From a bacterium (GTDB taxonomy: Bacteria; RBG-13-61-14; DATKZS01): a stretch of DNA of 41,390 nucleotides. The notes under the pieces were generated by a model. It was not told the DNA's origin, searched no databases, and saw only the letters and a program-made list of their open reading frames with translations. Made by a program: the position numbers and the translations under genes. Below, piece by piece: positions 1-9,123 of this stretch (position 1 is the stretch's first letter; the number at the start of each line of letters is the position of its first letter). The DNA lies in contig JAWOBU010000060.1 of NCBI GenBank assembly GCA_046484135.1, forward strand, positions 1 through 41,390, given 5' to 3'.

Positions 1-2
1 AG

Positions 3-158
3 AAGCCGCTTTTTGACGAAGCCAAGGAAAGGTTCAAGAAAAAGATGAAAAACGTAAACTCCTTCAGCCGGACCCTGCCAAGATCAGATGAAGAGCGGGG
101 GGCCTCCCTTACTAAAGAGCAGGAGCAGAGGCTCCGGGACCTCGGGTACTTGAAGTAA
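3..158 (+). CDS. 3' end of a gene running in from the left edge; probable sulfatase/phosphodiesterase-superfamily protein
   Basis: Open frame KPLFDEAKERF...EQEQRLRDLGYLK* ending at TAA 156-158. The C-terminal 'RLRxLGY' tail is typical of many bacterial sulfatase-like proteins. Confidence 0.55.
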   Translation, partial: KPLFDEAKERFKKKMKNVNSFSRTLPRSDEERGASLTKEQEQRLRDLGYLK

Positions 159-283
159 CTACCTTTTATTGGATGTGGCTCCTGATGAAAATTTGTGGGT
201 GAAATAGACTTCTCAGTAACCAATTATCTTGATCATATGAACTTTTAACGGTTTATCCGGTTTATTGGTACCTGAACAAAAAC

Positions 284-484
284 ATGCGTTTATCGCTTGA
301 TAGGCTGCAAGCGGGGAACTTGACCTCCTCCCTTCTCCGGGATAGGCTGTCTAAGCCAGCTCGGAGGATAGGGCAACGCAGGCGTGCGACCCGAGCGCCG
401 AGGCTGGTGGCTAAACAGCGGGGGTCCGGACTTGTTCCGGCCTTTTCCCTTTCCCCGCTGGTAGCCCGAAAGCGCTAAACGCGT
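284..484 (+). ncRNA. Candidate structured ncRNA with 6S RNA-like rod and central bubble
   Basis: End-to-end pairings: 284-292/476-484, 294-298/470-474, 303-308/461-466, 310-318/451-459; unpaired bubble 319-335 vs 431-450; then 336-341/425-430, 346-350/415-419, 355-364/398-408, 377-380/385-388. G-U pairs favour the + strand. Confidence 0.5.
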
Positions 485-734
485 CTTCCAGATCGCCTTC
501 TAAGAATCTGATTAACAATAGATTTACCTCACATCCAAGGGCATCCGGCATTGCAGGTACCATGAACCGGAAGAGCCTAAATTTTTACATCACCTTTGAA
601 TTTTCCTGTTGCATCATGTGTTCTTTATTGATATATGTCCCTATTGGTCAATCGGCATTGGCAGACAGGTGTAGCCCCGGCCCTGACAGGCCGGAGATTA
701 CAGGAGAAACCACAAAAGGAAAAGGAGGAAGGAA

Positions 735-950
735 ATGTCAGACAGTGTTTACAAGATCATCGAGTTGGTGGGCACCAGCGAGAAATCGTGGGAAGAAGCG
801 TCCAAGAACGCGGTGGAGCGGGCCTCCCAGAGCCTTCAAGACCTCCGGATAGCCGAGATCGCCGAGCTGGACCTGAAGATCGAAGATGGCAAGGTCGCGG
901 CCTATCGGGCCCGGGTCAAGGTTTCCTTCAAGTACATGGGCAAGGAGTAG
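735..950 (+). CDS. Dodecin family flavin-binding protein
   Basis: 71 aa, VYKIIELVGTSEKSWEEA..NAV.RA...L..LR.AE and YR.RVKVSFK motifs; strong RBS (AAGGAGGAAGG). Confidence 0.93.
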   Translation: MSDSVYKIIELVGTSEKSWEEASKNAVERASQSLQDLRIAEIAELDLKIEDGKVAAYRARVKVSFKYMGKE

Positions 951-958
951 CCTGGTGA

Positions 959-992
959 GGGCGGGCGGGCTTGTCCCGTCCGCCCCCTTTTT
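959..992 (+). terminator. Rho-independent terminator after dodecin
   Basis: GC-rich hairpin GGGCGGGCGGG...CCCGTCCGCCC followed by a T-run. Confidence 0.75.
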
Positions 993-1146
993 ATGGACTT
1001 ATCGCTTTCACATTGAGTGGGAAAGGATGCCGGAAAAAGAATCGCTGCAGGGTAGTCGGACATAAAGCCCGTATTTTCTCCTGATCCGAATCTTCCCTTG
1101 AGCACGGTTTTCTTTGGTTCAACTTCCGGAAAGGACCTCCACCACC

Positions 1147-3435
1147 ATGCGGAGCTACATCCGTTTTGTCATCAATTTTCGCGTCTCCATTATCCTGTTG
1201 ATGGTGCTGGTCACCGCTCTTGCCGGTTACAGCATCTCGCAGGCGGAACTCTCCTCTTCCATCCTGGACATGTTCTTCGGAAACAACCCCCGCTTCCAGC
1301 TCTATCAGCAGCGGGTCCGCCAGTTCGCCCACGACCGGGTAATCATGGTGGGTGTGGAAGAACCGGAGCCTCTGTCCCCCGCCGGCATCGGCCGGCTTAA
1401 GAAGCTGAAGAGTAACCTGGAGGAGATCTCCATGGTCCGGCGGGTCCACAGTCTTCTCGATCTTTACCTTCTGGACCGCGAGAAGGAAGCACTTTTCCCC
1501 CGCCGCTACTCCGAGGTCGCCCTTGCAACCCCTGACCGGGTGCCGGAGCTTGTTTCCCGGCTTTTACAAGACCCCATGGCCGGAGGGGTGCTGGTTTCCC
1601 GGGACGGAAAACATTCCCTGGTGGTGATCGAGGTTGCGCCTTTGCCGGGGCAGACGAGGGACACGGAAAAGCCCCATCGCTTAATGAAGATTATAACCGA
1701 GGCCTTCAAGGACGCGGGCTACAGCGAAGACAGGATTCACAAAGCCGGGCTCATCCCCCTGGTGGCGGAGATGATCCGCCAGACCCACTACAGCTTCCGG
1801 GTGCTGTTGCCGGTGATCGCGGGGGTGCTTTTTCTCACCATGCTGGCGGCCTACCGCCGGGCCTGGCCCGTCCTTATCGCCGCGGCGGTCTCGATCCCTG
1901 TCATGGTATGGACCCTGGGGTTCGGCATCTATCTTTTTCACCGCGTCAGTATCTTAATGGCGATAGCTCCGGCCGTGGTGATGATAGTATCGTTTTCTGA
2001 CGTCATCCATCTTTGCAGCTCCTACTACCAGGAGCTTTCGGCAGGGGGTTCCAAGAGCCGGGCCATCCTTAACTCGGGCGCCGAGGTTGGCCGAGCCTGC
2101 GTTTACACTTCCTGCACCGCGTTGGCAGGTTTTATTTCCCTGATCATCGTGCCGGCCCCGGCCTTCCAGGAGATGGGGATCGTGCTCGGCTTCGGAGCTG
2201 TCGCAGCCCTTCTTCTGGCTTTGACCCTGTCTCCCATTATTTTCTATTACCTGAAGGCGCCGGTCTCGGCGGAAGAGAAAACGGCACAGGCGGAAAAAAG
2301 CCAGCCGGACCGGACCCTGGGCGTTTTCCTGCGGGCGGGCACCGGCCGGCCCCTTCTGGTTATAGCCGTTTTCGCGGCGGTGGCCATTGCCGCGAGTCTC
2401 GGGACCTCCATGATCGAGTTCGAGACCGGCCTTGCCGAGAGGTTCTCCGAAGACAGCGAGACAGGGCGGGACGACCGTTACTTTGACCGCCATTTCAGCG
2501 GTACCAACTACATGGAAGTTTATGTTGACACGCACGAAAAGAACGGGCTCACCGATCCGGAGCAGTTCTCGAGAATTTCCGCGCTGGAAGAGAAGCTGGA
2601 GTCGCTTCCGGAAGTGGACCTTGCCTGGTCGGTCTTCGATTACGTGGACGCCCTGTACCCGGTTTTTCACCCTGATCTTTACAAGGACCATCCCGCTCCG
2701 CCGAACAAGGACATCATCTACCAGTACCTTTTGCTGCTGGAAGGGACAATGGGACCTGTGGAGCGGCTGGTGGACGGTAACTTTCAGACTGTCCGGATAT
2801 TTTTGCGCCTCCCGGACGGCGGCCTGATTAAAACGCGGGAAACCGCGACCAAGGCGGCCCGGCTGGCCCGGAACACTTTGCAGGGCAAAGCCCGGCTCGA
2901 GGTTTCCGGGCTGAGTGTTCTTCTGGGGGTTTGCCTGGACAACCTTATTGCCGGCCAGCGGGAAGGCCTCTTTTTCGCTTTTTTCATCATACTGATAATG
3001 ATGACAGTAGCGCTTCATTCCTGGCGGTCGGGGATGGTCTCCATGCTTCCCAACCTCTTTCCTTTACTGGTGCTGGGCGGCTACCTGGGGTTCTTCCAGG
3101 ACCGGACGGACCCGGACGTTCTGGCGGTGGCCATTATTGCAACGGGAATAGCGGCGGACGGCACCATCCGTTTCCTCCTCCGTTACAGCAATGAAAGGGA
3201 AAAGGACCTGGACGTTGACCAGGCCCTCGCCAACACTTTCCATTACTCGGGCCGGGCCATTGTTATCACCACGGTGGTCCTGGCCGCCGGTTTTATACCT
3301 TTCAACCTTTCCGACTACTCGACCACCCGCCTGCACGGCACACTTCTTCCGGTCTGTCTTTTAATCTCCCTGGCCGCGGACCTGGTTCTGCTCCCGGCTT
3401 TGATCAAGATAAAGGCGATCAGCTTAAAGCCCTGA
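1147..3435 (+). CDS. MMPL/RND-family (hopanoid/lipid exporter-like) membrane transporter
   Basis: ~760 aa with two repeats of TM + large periplasmic loop + TM bundle; motifs 'IVSFSDVIH', 'GIAADGTIRF', 'SLAADLVLLPAL'. ATG 1147 follows AAGGA. Confidence 0.88.
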   Translation: MRSYIRFVINFRVSIILLMVLVTALAGYSISQAELSSSILDMFFGNNPRFQLYQQRVRQFAHDRVIMVGVEEPEPLSPAGIGRLKKLKSNLEEISMVRRVHSLLDLYLLDREKEALFPRRYSEVALATPDRVPELVSRLLQDPMAGGVLVSRDGKHSLVVIEVAPLPGQTRDTEKPHRLMKIITEAFKDAGYSEDRIHKAGLIPLVAEMIRQTHYSFRVLLPVIAGVLFLTMLAAYRRAWPVLIAAAVSIPVMVWTLGFGIYLFHRVSILMAIAPAVVMIVSFSDVIHLCSSYYQELSAGGSKSRAILNSGAEVGRACVYTSCTALAGFISLIIVPAPAFQEMGIVLGFGAVAALLLALTLSPIIFYYLKAPVSAEEKTAQAEKSQPDRTLGVFLRAGTGRPLLVIAVFAAVAIAASLGTSMIEFETGLAERFSEDSETGRDDRYFDRHFSGTNYMEVYVDTHEKNGLTDPEQFSRISALEEKLESLPEVDLAWSVFDYVDALYPVFHPDLYKDHPAPPNKDIIYQYLLLLEGTMGPVERLVDGNFQTVRIFLRLPDGGLIKTRETATKAARLARNTLQGKARLEVSGLSVLLGVCLDNLIAGQREGLFFAFFIILIMMTVALHSWRSGMVSMLPNLFPLLVLGGYLGFFQDRTDPDVLAVAIIATGIAADGTIRFLLRYSNEREKDLDVDQALANTFHYSGRAIVITTVVLAAGFIPFNLSDYSTTRLHGTLLPVCLLISLAADLVLLPALIKIKAISLKP

Positions 3436-3454
3436 TCCTGAACCGCAGGAGTGT

Positions 3455-5293
3455 TCAGGGAGAAAACACGCCGGGGGCCAGCTTCCGGGCTTTCTCCAGG
3501 TGCTTTTCGGCTTTCCGGTAATAAAGGTCCCCTTTGTCTTTTGACATGTCGAGGTAGAGCCTGCCGAGCTCGTAATGGGCGACGGCATAGTAAGGCGCCT
3601 GCCGGATGCACTCCTTATAATGGCGGATGGCTTCCTTGTTTCGGCCGGCTTCCTCTTCCACCTTGCCCAGCCAGAACCGGGCCTCGGGAAAACGGGGCTT
3701 GATCTTAAGGGCCTTTGTAAGCTCCCGGCGGGCGGTGTTAAGACTTCGGTTCTCAAAAAGTTCTATCCCCTGGCTGTAATGCAGGGCGGACCGCAGGGGC
3801 CGGTCGTTCCAGCGAGGCCACGGCATGTTAACCAGGAAAGCACAGAGCAAGACCAGTGCCGTGATTGCGCCGGCGCGGGCCAGGCCGTGCCTGGAGTTCC
3901 TGCTGTCCCTGATAGCGCGGTAAAGGGTTTGCAGGGTAAGGGCGGCAAAGCACATGCCCGCGGGAAACAGCGGCACCCGGTAGCGGGAGGTTACAAAGAA
4001 TGCGACCACGCTTGCGGCATAGGAAAGGAAAAACAGAAGGGGCCACCTCCACTGCCGGACCCGGCCGAGCGCGATCACTAACCCGGCGAGAAGGAGTGGT
4101 CCGAAGTAATCGAGCTTGACATAGGAAAGAAGCCGGAGAACCGGGATGAGCCGGGCATGGTACTCGAGGTCCCGGTTATTGCCTACCTCGGTGGCCTGGA
4201 AAAGGTACAGGGCCTTCCTGGCCCATAAGAGGGCAGCGTCCGCGGGATCGTCCTTCATCCACTCGAAGGCCCGTTTATACCAGTAGCCGGAGACCCGGCC
4301 GTCCCCCAGGGTGCGGCCGGTGTTCCTTTCAGCCACGTACTTGGAGGATATCCAGACGTTCTCTTTGATCCAGGGATGGCCCTTGTTCCTTTTTAAGTAG
4401 CGCAGGGGTATCCGCCTGCGGGGAAGCGGGACCATCACCGTCCTGCCGTCCGCGTTCTCATTGTTTCCCATCCAGAAGTTGATCCCTCCCTGGGTGGCCA
4501 GAAGCACCCACTCACCTCCTTCCACCCGGTTCCTCGTAGTGACGGGAGCCAGGCAGGCGGCGACCCCCAGGCAGAACAAGAGCGCCGCGGCCAGGGTCCT
4601 TTGAAGCCCTTGCCGGGGAATTCCCTTCCGGGTTTTCCAGGCCTCCTGAACGGCCCGGCCGAAAAGCACCAGCGCCACCGCTGCCGCGAACACCAGGACA
4701 TTGGGCCGGGCCAGGGCGGAGAACCCCAGGAGCATGCCGGCCAGGCCATAGCCCGCCCATTTCTGCGGGTCCTCATGGAAGGCCCGGTCCGCGGCCATGA
4801 CCGCCAGCAGGGAGGACAGGCCCAGAAAGGTTGCCAGCGTGGTGATGAGGACCTCGCCGTCAAAGTAAACCGGCACCCAGTAGAAGGCGAAAAGAAGTCC
4901 GGCCAAAGCAGACGCGGGCCTGCCGAGATACCGGCGGGCCACTCCCGCGGTCATGACCGCGCTAAGGCTTCCCAGTATGGCCTGAAAAATCCGCAACGGC
5001 CAGAGCGGCTCCTGGAACAGACTCATGAAACCCGCCACCAGGTAGAAGTACAAAGGGGCGCGGAAGTAAGGGACCGCTCCCATTCCCTGCCCTTCGGCTA
5101 TGGACCGGGCCAGGCGCCAGTGGGAGCCCGGGTCCATAACCAGAGCCTCCCAGTAAGGGGTCCCGGAGTAGTTCCACAGATATAATAGGCGGACGGCGAG
5201 AGCGATAATAAAAACGCCCGCATAAATCCGGGCATCCGGCCGGGAAAGCCGGCGCCGGAAAGGCTGTCGCTCGGGTTTGAAAGTCTTAACCAT
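3455..5293 (-). CDS. GT-C (PMT_2/ArnT-like, GT39-like) glycosyltransferase with C-terminal TPRs
   Basis: Polytopic membrane protein with 'D...HW.LA', 'YFRAPLY', 'ALARPN', 'GGINFWMGNN', 'RYRVP' motifs, then TPR helices. Start set at ATG 5293, downstream of the predicted promoter. Confidence 0.85.
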   Translation of the reverse strand: MVKTFKPERQPFRRRLSRPDARIYAGVFIIALAVRLLYLWNYSGTPYWEALVMDPGSHWRLARSIAEGQGMGAVPYFRAPLYFYLVAGFMSLFQEPLWPLRIFQAILGSLSAVMTAGVARRYLGRPASALAGLLFAFYWVPVYFDGEVLITTLATFLGLSSLLAVMAADRAFHEDPQKWAGYGLAGMLLGFSALARPNVLVFAAAVALVLFGRAVQEAWKTRKGIPRQGLQRTLAAALLFCLGVAACLAPVTTRNRVEGGEWVLLATQGGINFWMGNNENADGRTVMVPLPRRRIPLRYLKRNKGHPWIKENVWISSKYVAERNTGRTLGDGRVSGYWYKRAFEWMKDDPADAALLWARKALYLFQATEVGNNRDLEYHARLIPVLRLLSYVKLDYFGPLLLAGLVIALGRVRQWRWPLLFFLSYAASVVAFFVTSRYRVPLFPAGMCFAALTLQTLYRAIRDSRNSRHGLARAGAITALVLLCAFLVNMPWPRWNDRPLRSALHYSQGIELFENRSLNTARRELTKALKIKPRFPEARFWLGKVEEEAGRNKEAIRHYKECIRQAPYYAVAHYELGRLYLDMSKDKGDLYYRKAEKHLEKARKLAPGVFSP

Positions 5294-5309
5294 GGTGAAA
5301 CCCAAAAGC

Positions 5310-5337
5310 ACCATACCAGACAAGGCGGTCCTGTCAA
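5310..5337 (-). promoter_or_regulatory. sigma70-type promoter for the GT-C gene
   Basis: Minus strand TTGACA-16 bp-TATGGT with extended TG. Confidence 0.55.
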
Positions 5338-5352
5338 TAAAACGAAAAAAAG

Positions 5353-5380
5353 TTGCAATGTCCTTGTAAAAGATTATAAT
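5353..5380 (+). promoter_or_regulatory. sigma70-type promoter for the zinc peptidase
   Basis: TTGCAA-16 bp-TATAAT. Confidence 0.6.
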
Positions 5381-5434
5381 CTTTAAGAGTAACTTTTACT
5401 GATAGCCGCATACTGCCGTTTTAAGGAGTGAGTT

Positions 5435-6136
5435 GTGGGCATGTTCATGTTTATAGACCCCTTGTATCTCGTGATGATACTTCCCGCGTTGGCCCTGGCG
5501 ATCTATGCCCAGGTCAAGGTAAAGAGAACGGTGAAAAGATATTCGGCGGTGGGCTCAATGAGCGGCATGACCGGGGCCTCGGCCGCCCGGCGCATCCTGG
5601 ACGGGTTCGGGCTGAACGATGTGCCGGTGGAGCAGGCGGGAGGGTGGCTTTCCGACCACTACGATCCCGGCAAGCGCGTCCTTCGGTTGAGCCCGGAAAT
5701 CCACTCGACAGCCTCGGTGGCGGCAGTGGGTATCGCCGCCCACGAAGCGGGGCACGCCCTCCAGCACGCCCAGGGCTATGCCCCCCTCAAGCTCAGAAAC
5801 GCCATCGTGCCCACCGCTTCCATCGGCTCCTGGCTCGCTTTTCCCATGATCATCGTCGGGTTCATCTTCCAGTTGCAATCCCTGGCCCTGGCCGGCCTGG
5901 TGCTCTTCGGCGCCCTGGTACTTTTCCAGATCATCACCCTGCCGGTGGAGCTGGACGCCTCGGCCCGGGCCAAGAAGCTCATCTCCGAGCTGGGGATCGT
6001 TTACGCCGGGGAGGAAAGAGAAGGGGTGGCCAAGGTGCTGAACGCCGCGGCCATGACTTATGTGGCAGCCACGGTAACCGCCATAGTGCAGCTTCTTTAC
6101 TTCGCCCTCAGCCTCGGCATCCTGGGGGATGATTGA
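5435..6136 (+). CDS. YugP-like membrane neutral zinc metallopeptidase (Zn_peptidase_2)
   Basis: 'LSDHYDP..RVLRLS', HEAGHALQH (HExxH), 'TLPVELDAS.RA', 'VLNAAAMTYVAA'; GTG start after AAGGAG. Confidence 0.93.
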   Translation: MGMFMFIDPLYLVMILPALALAIYAQVKVKRTVKRYSAVGSMSGMTGASAARRILDGFGLNDVPVEQAGGWLSDHYDPGKRVLRLSPEIHSTASVAAVGIAAHEAGHALQHAQGYAPLKLRNAIVPTASIGSWLAFPMIIVGFIFQLQSLALAGLVLFGALVLFQIITLPVELDASARAKKLISELGIVYAGEEREGVAKVLNAAAMTYVAATVTAIVQLLYFALSLGILGDD

Positions 6137-6221
6137 AATGAGGTCCCTCAAAAAAACGGCAAGCGGGAATTTCGTCTTTGAAAAAGCATATGTATACCTT
6201 AAAGAAATTTTAAATTTTCCC

Positions 6222-6250
6222 TTGACAACGAAACCGTTATTTGATATGAA
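6222..6250 (+). promoter_or_regulatory. sigma70-type promoter upstream of the barrel/OPX pair
   Basis: TTGACA-17 bp-TATGAA with TG extension, in an AT-rich context. Confidence 0.6.
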
Positions 6251-6691
6251 GGGTAAACAGCTTTTTAAAAGTTTGGCATAAAATTTCCTGCGATTTGAAA
6301 AAATGTGTAAAAAGAACTTGTCATGACGATTAAAAAGTTCTAAAATACAAGGAAACGCGAATCAAGGCCGCACAAAAAAACAGCTTGTTTCAAGACCGGC
6401 CAAAAGCCGGAAGAAAAAGGGCCTTGAGTGAAATTGAGATAGTCGGGAGTAATAGGGACGCAACTTGCATAAAGAAGGCTTGGCTGTTTTCTTTATTCGC
6501 CATCCCGGAGAGGCCCCTAAGGAAAACCATCCCGGCTTCAAAAACGCAGGCGGAAGGCAAGGCGACGAAGTAAAAGCAATGAGCGGACGCAGTTATTGTT
6601 TTGAGATATGAAAGAGCTTTCAGTATTTGTAAAGAGCCTAAAGGAGGAAGGGTGAACCTTCCGCCAGCCGCAAGGAGACGAGGAGGAAGTC

Positions 6692-8101
6692 GTGTTTAAA
6701 TCAATAATGCATTGTAGGAAGAAGCCAGATACCAAGGGTCCGTTTCTTTTTCTCCTTATGATAACCTTCGTAAGTTTAGGGCCGGTCCAGGTGGGAGCGG
6801 CTTCCTTTCAAGCGGTGCCGAGTATCTCGGTCCGTTATACTTCAAAGGCCAACATTGACTCCGTGGATCCGGACGACGTTAACACTGTTGACGTTACCTA
6901 CCTTAACTATCTTCTCGGGATTGATCTTTCTTACCGCACCAGCCGGCACGGGATCAAGTTTGGTGCGGGGGCTTCCTACCAACAGTACCTGACGACGGCA
7001 GGAGACCGAGAGGACGATGCCGACACCGAGCCCGCGGATTATAATTTCTTCAGGTACCGAGGGTCCCTGGAGTATCGCTACTTATACGGCCAGAAGTTCA
7101 ACTTCATAATCTCGGACACCTTCAGTCAGAACCGGGACCTGCAGGAGGTGTTCGGGGTGGGGACCAACTCCCTGAGCTATCGTTATCTTCACACCAATAA
7201 CCGCCTGGGAGTTGCAGCCCTGTTCCGGCCCAACTCCAAGTGGTCCATGCGGGTAGGATATGACTACCACTCCCTGGTTTTCACCGATCCGGAAAACGAG
7301 CTCCTGGAAAACTCCAAGCCTCCCGACTCTTTCGAGCACCGGGGTACGGTCCGGACGGAGTATAATTTTAACCGGAAGCTCACCGGTATTGTAGACGTCC
7401 AGTATGCGGACCGGATGTTTGAGGACGTAGATAACTCCACGGTGGCGGACTACCGTCTCCTGCAAGGGCTTGTCGGGCTTCGTTACCAAATCAACCGGCA
7501 CATGCACGTGGAAGGAGCGGCGGGCGCGGCCCAGCGCGACGTGTACGATATCCCGGACGCTACGCTGCCCTCGCCTCCTTATGCCGCAAACTCGCTCAGG
7601 TACGACCTGGAAGATACCACCGACCCGGTGGCGGACATCTCGTTTCACTACTCGAAACCCAAAAGCTTCAACTGGACCATAAAAGGGCAGCAGGGCATCA
7701 GCACCTACGGAAATAACCTTTTTTACACCCACACCACCGCTAATACCTCTTTTAAGTACTTCTTTTCGCCCAAGGTGTCCATGAATCTGAATGCAAGGTA
7801 CCAGCACGCTGTTTTCAATACCGAGACCAACGGGAGAGAGTGGCAATGGGCGGACGATCGAGAGGACGACATCCTGATAGGCGGCGCAAATCTGGCCTGG
7901 GACATCCTCCAAAAGAACAACCGCGGCACGCTCACCCTTACCCTCGGCTATAAGTACCGAGCCCGCGATTCCAACATTGACGATGAGGATAATTACACCC
8001 AGGAGTACTTGAATGTCTACTACCCCAGGTCTTACGACGCCACTACCGACCTCTACTACGTCCAGGTCAGGGTGGCTCCCATAATAATTGCAGGGAAATA
8101 A
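6692..8101 (+). CDS. Outer-membrane beta-barrel, polysaccharide-export associated (BBP2/EpsX-like)
   Basis: Signal peptide, many alternating aromatic beta-strand segments, 469 aa, directly upstream of an OPX gene; RBS GAGGAGG. Confidence 0.7.
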   Translation: MFKSIMHCRKKPDTKGPFLFLLMITFVSLGPVQVGAASFQAVPSISVRYTSKANIDSVDPDDVNTVDVTYLNYLLGIDLSYRTSRHGIKFGAGASYQQYLTTAGDREDDADTEPADYNFFRYRGSLEYRYLYGQKFNFIISDTFSQNRDLQEVFGVGTNSLSYRYLHTNNRLGVAALFRPNSKWSMRVGYDYHSLVFTDPENELLENSKPPDSFEHRGTVRTEYNFNRKLTGIVDVQYADRMFEDVDNSTVADYRLLQGLVGLRYQINRHMHVEGAAGAAQRDVYDIPDATLPSPPYAANSLRYDLEDTTDPVADISFHYSKPKSFNWTIKGQQGISTYGNNLFYTHTTANTSFKYFFSPKVSMNLNARYQHAVFNTETNGREWQWADDREDDILIGGANLAWDILQKNNRGTLTLTLGYKYRARDSNIDDEDNYTQEYLNVYYPRSYDATTDLYYVQVRVAPIIIAGK

Positions 8102-8124
8102 ACTAATAAATCAAGGATACTGAA

Positions 8125-9123
8125 ATGTCAGCATGGAGAATCGCCGTATCAATAAGTGCGGCTTTGTTCCTCTTTTGTATAGCGCCCTACACCGGTCTCT
8201 CCCAGCAAAAGCCCGAGAAAGATTCGAACAAACCCGTTGAAAAAGACTACTCCGTCGGTCCCAAGGACGTAATCACCGTTGAGGTGTGGGGAGAGGACAT
8301 GAAGATCACCAGCGAGGTGTCCTCCGACGGCACCATCCAGTTCTTCTTCCTCGGACAAATCCAGGTGGCCGGACTTAACACCTCCCAGATTAAAGAAAAA
8401 ATCGAAAACGAGCTGAAGTCGGAAGGATACCTTAACGACCCGGTAGTCATCGTCAAGATCGAGGAGTACAAGTCAAAAGAGGTCCAGATTCACGGGGCCA
8501 TCAAAGACCCCGGCATCTATTACCTGGACACCAATTACACCACTCTTTTAAACCTTATCTCCCGGGCAGGCGGCACCAGCAAGAACCGGGGAAAGCTGGC
8601 CTATGTATGGAGAGGAGGCGCAAACCAGGTTACCATCCCCCAAAATAAATCCGACAAAGACGAAACCGGTGACTCCTCTGCCGGAGACAAGAAAAAGACC
8701 ATCAAATCAGAAGCGGAAATCCGCGGTTCCCTCCAGGGCACGGAAAAGATAGAGGTCAACATTCTCAACCTGTTGGACAAAGGAGACGTGTCCGAGAACG
8801 TGAGGATATACCCCGGGGACTTCGTGCTCATCAATTCACTGACCACGGAAAACCTCTCCCAGAATTACGTGTGGGTCGAAGGAGAAGTCAAAAGCCCCGA
8901 GCAGATACCGTACCAACCCGGTCTGACCGTACTTCAGGCGGTTATTAAAACCGGCGGAGTTACCGACCTGGCATCCCCCAACCGCACCCAGATCACCCGC
9001 AGGGGACCGGATGGAGAGAACCTCACTTTCAAGGTCAAGCTAAAGGACATCCAGCAGGGAGAACGGCCCGATGTAGTGCTGCAACCGGGGGACAGAATCT
9101 ACGTGCCGGAATCCTGGTGGTAA
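8125..9123 (+). CDS. Polysaccharide biosynthesis/export (OPX, Wza-like) protein, short periplasmic type
   Basis: Poly_export motif 'YSVGPKDVITVEVWGE...V.SDGTI.F..LG.I.VAG' plus two SLBB domains ('GAIKDPG.Y', 'GEVKSP..IPY.PGLTVLQAV..TGG'); ends 'LQPGDRIYVPESWW' with no OM helix. Confidence 0.9.
   Translation: MSAWRIAVSISAALFLFCIAPYTGLSQQKPEKDSNKPVEKDYSVGPKDVITVEVWGEDMKITSEVSSDGTIQFFFLGQIQVAGLNTSQIKEKIENELKSEGYLNDPVVIVKIEEYKSKEVQIHGAIKDPGIYYLDTNYTTLLNLISRAGGTSKNRGKLAYVWRGGANQVTIPQNKSDKDETGDSSAGDKKKTIKSEAEIRGSLQGTEKIEVNILNLLDKGDVSENVRIYPGDFVLINSLTTENLSQNYVWVEGEVKSPEQIPYQPGLTVLQAVIKTGGVTDLASPNRTQITRRGPDGENLTFKVKLKDIQQGERPDVVLQPGDRIYVPESWW

Noticed and set aside
171..230. Hammerhead ribozyme (CTGATGA...GAAA)
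   Set aside because: Stem II (AAATTTGTGGGT) and stem III cannot form properly.
284..478. 64-aa ORF over the structured region
   Set aside because: No RBS or protein-like features; the pairing pattern explains the sequence better.
6273..6292. sigma54 promoter (TTGGCAT...)
   Set aside because: The GC is not at GG-N10-GC spacing.
6440..6530. c-di-GMP-I riboswitch (GGGACGCAA)
   Set aside because: The upstream GGCAAA/GNRA P2 stem and the P3 stem are absent.
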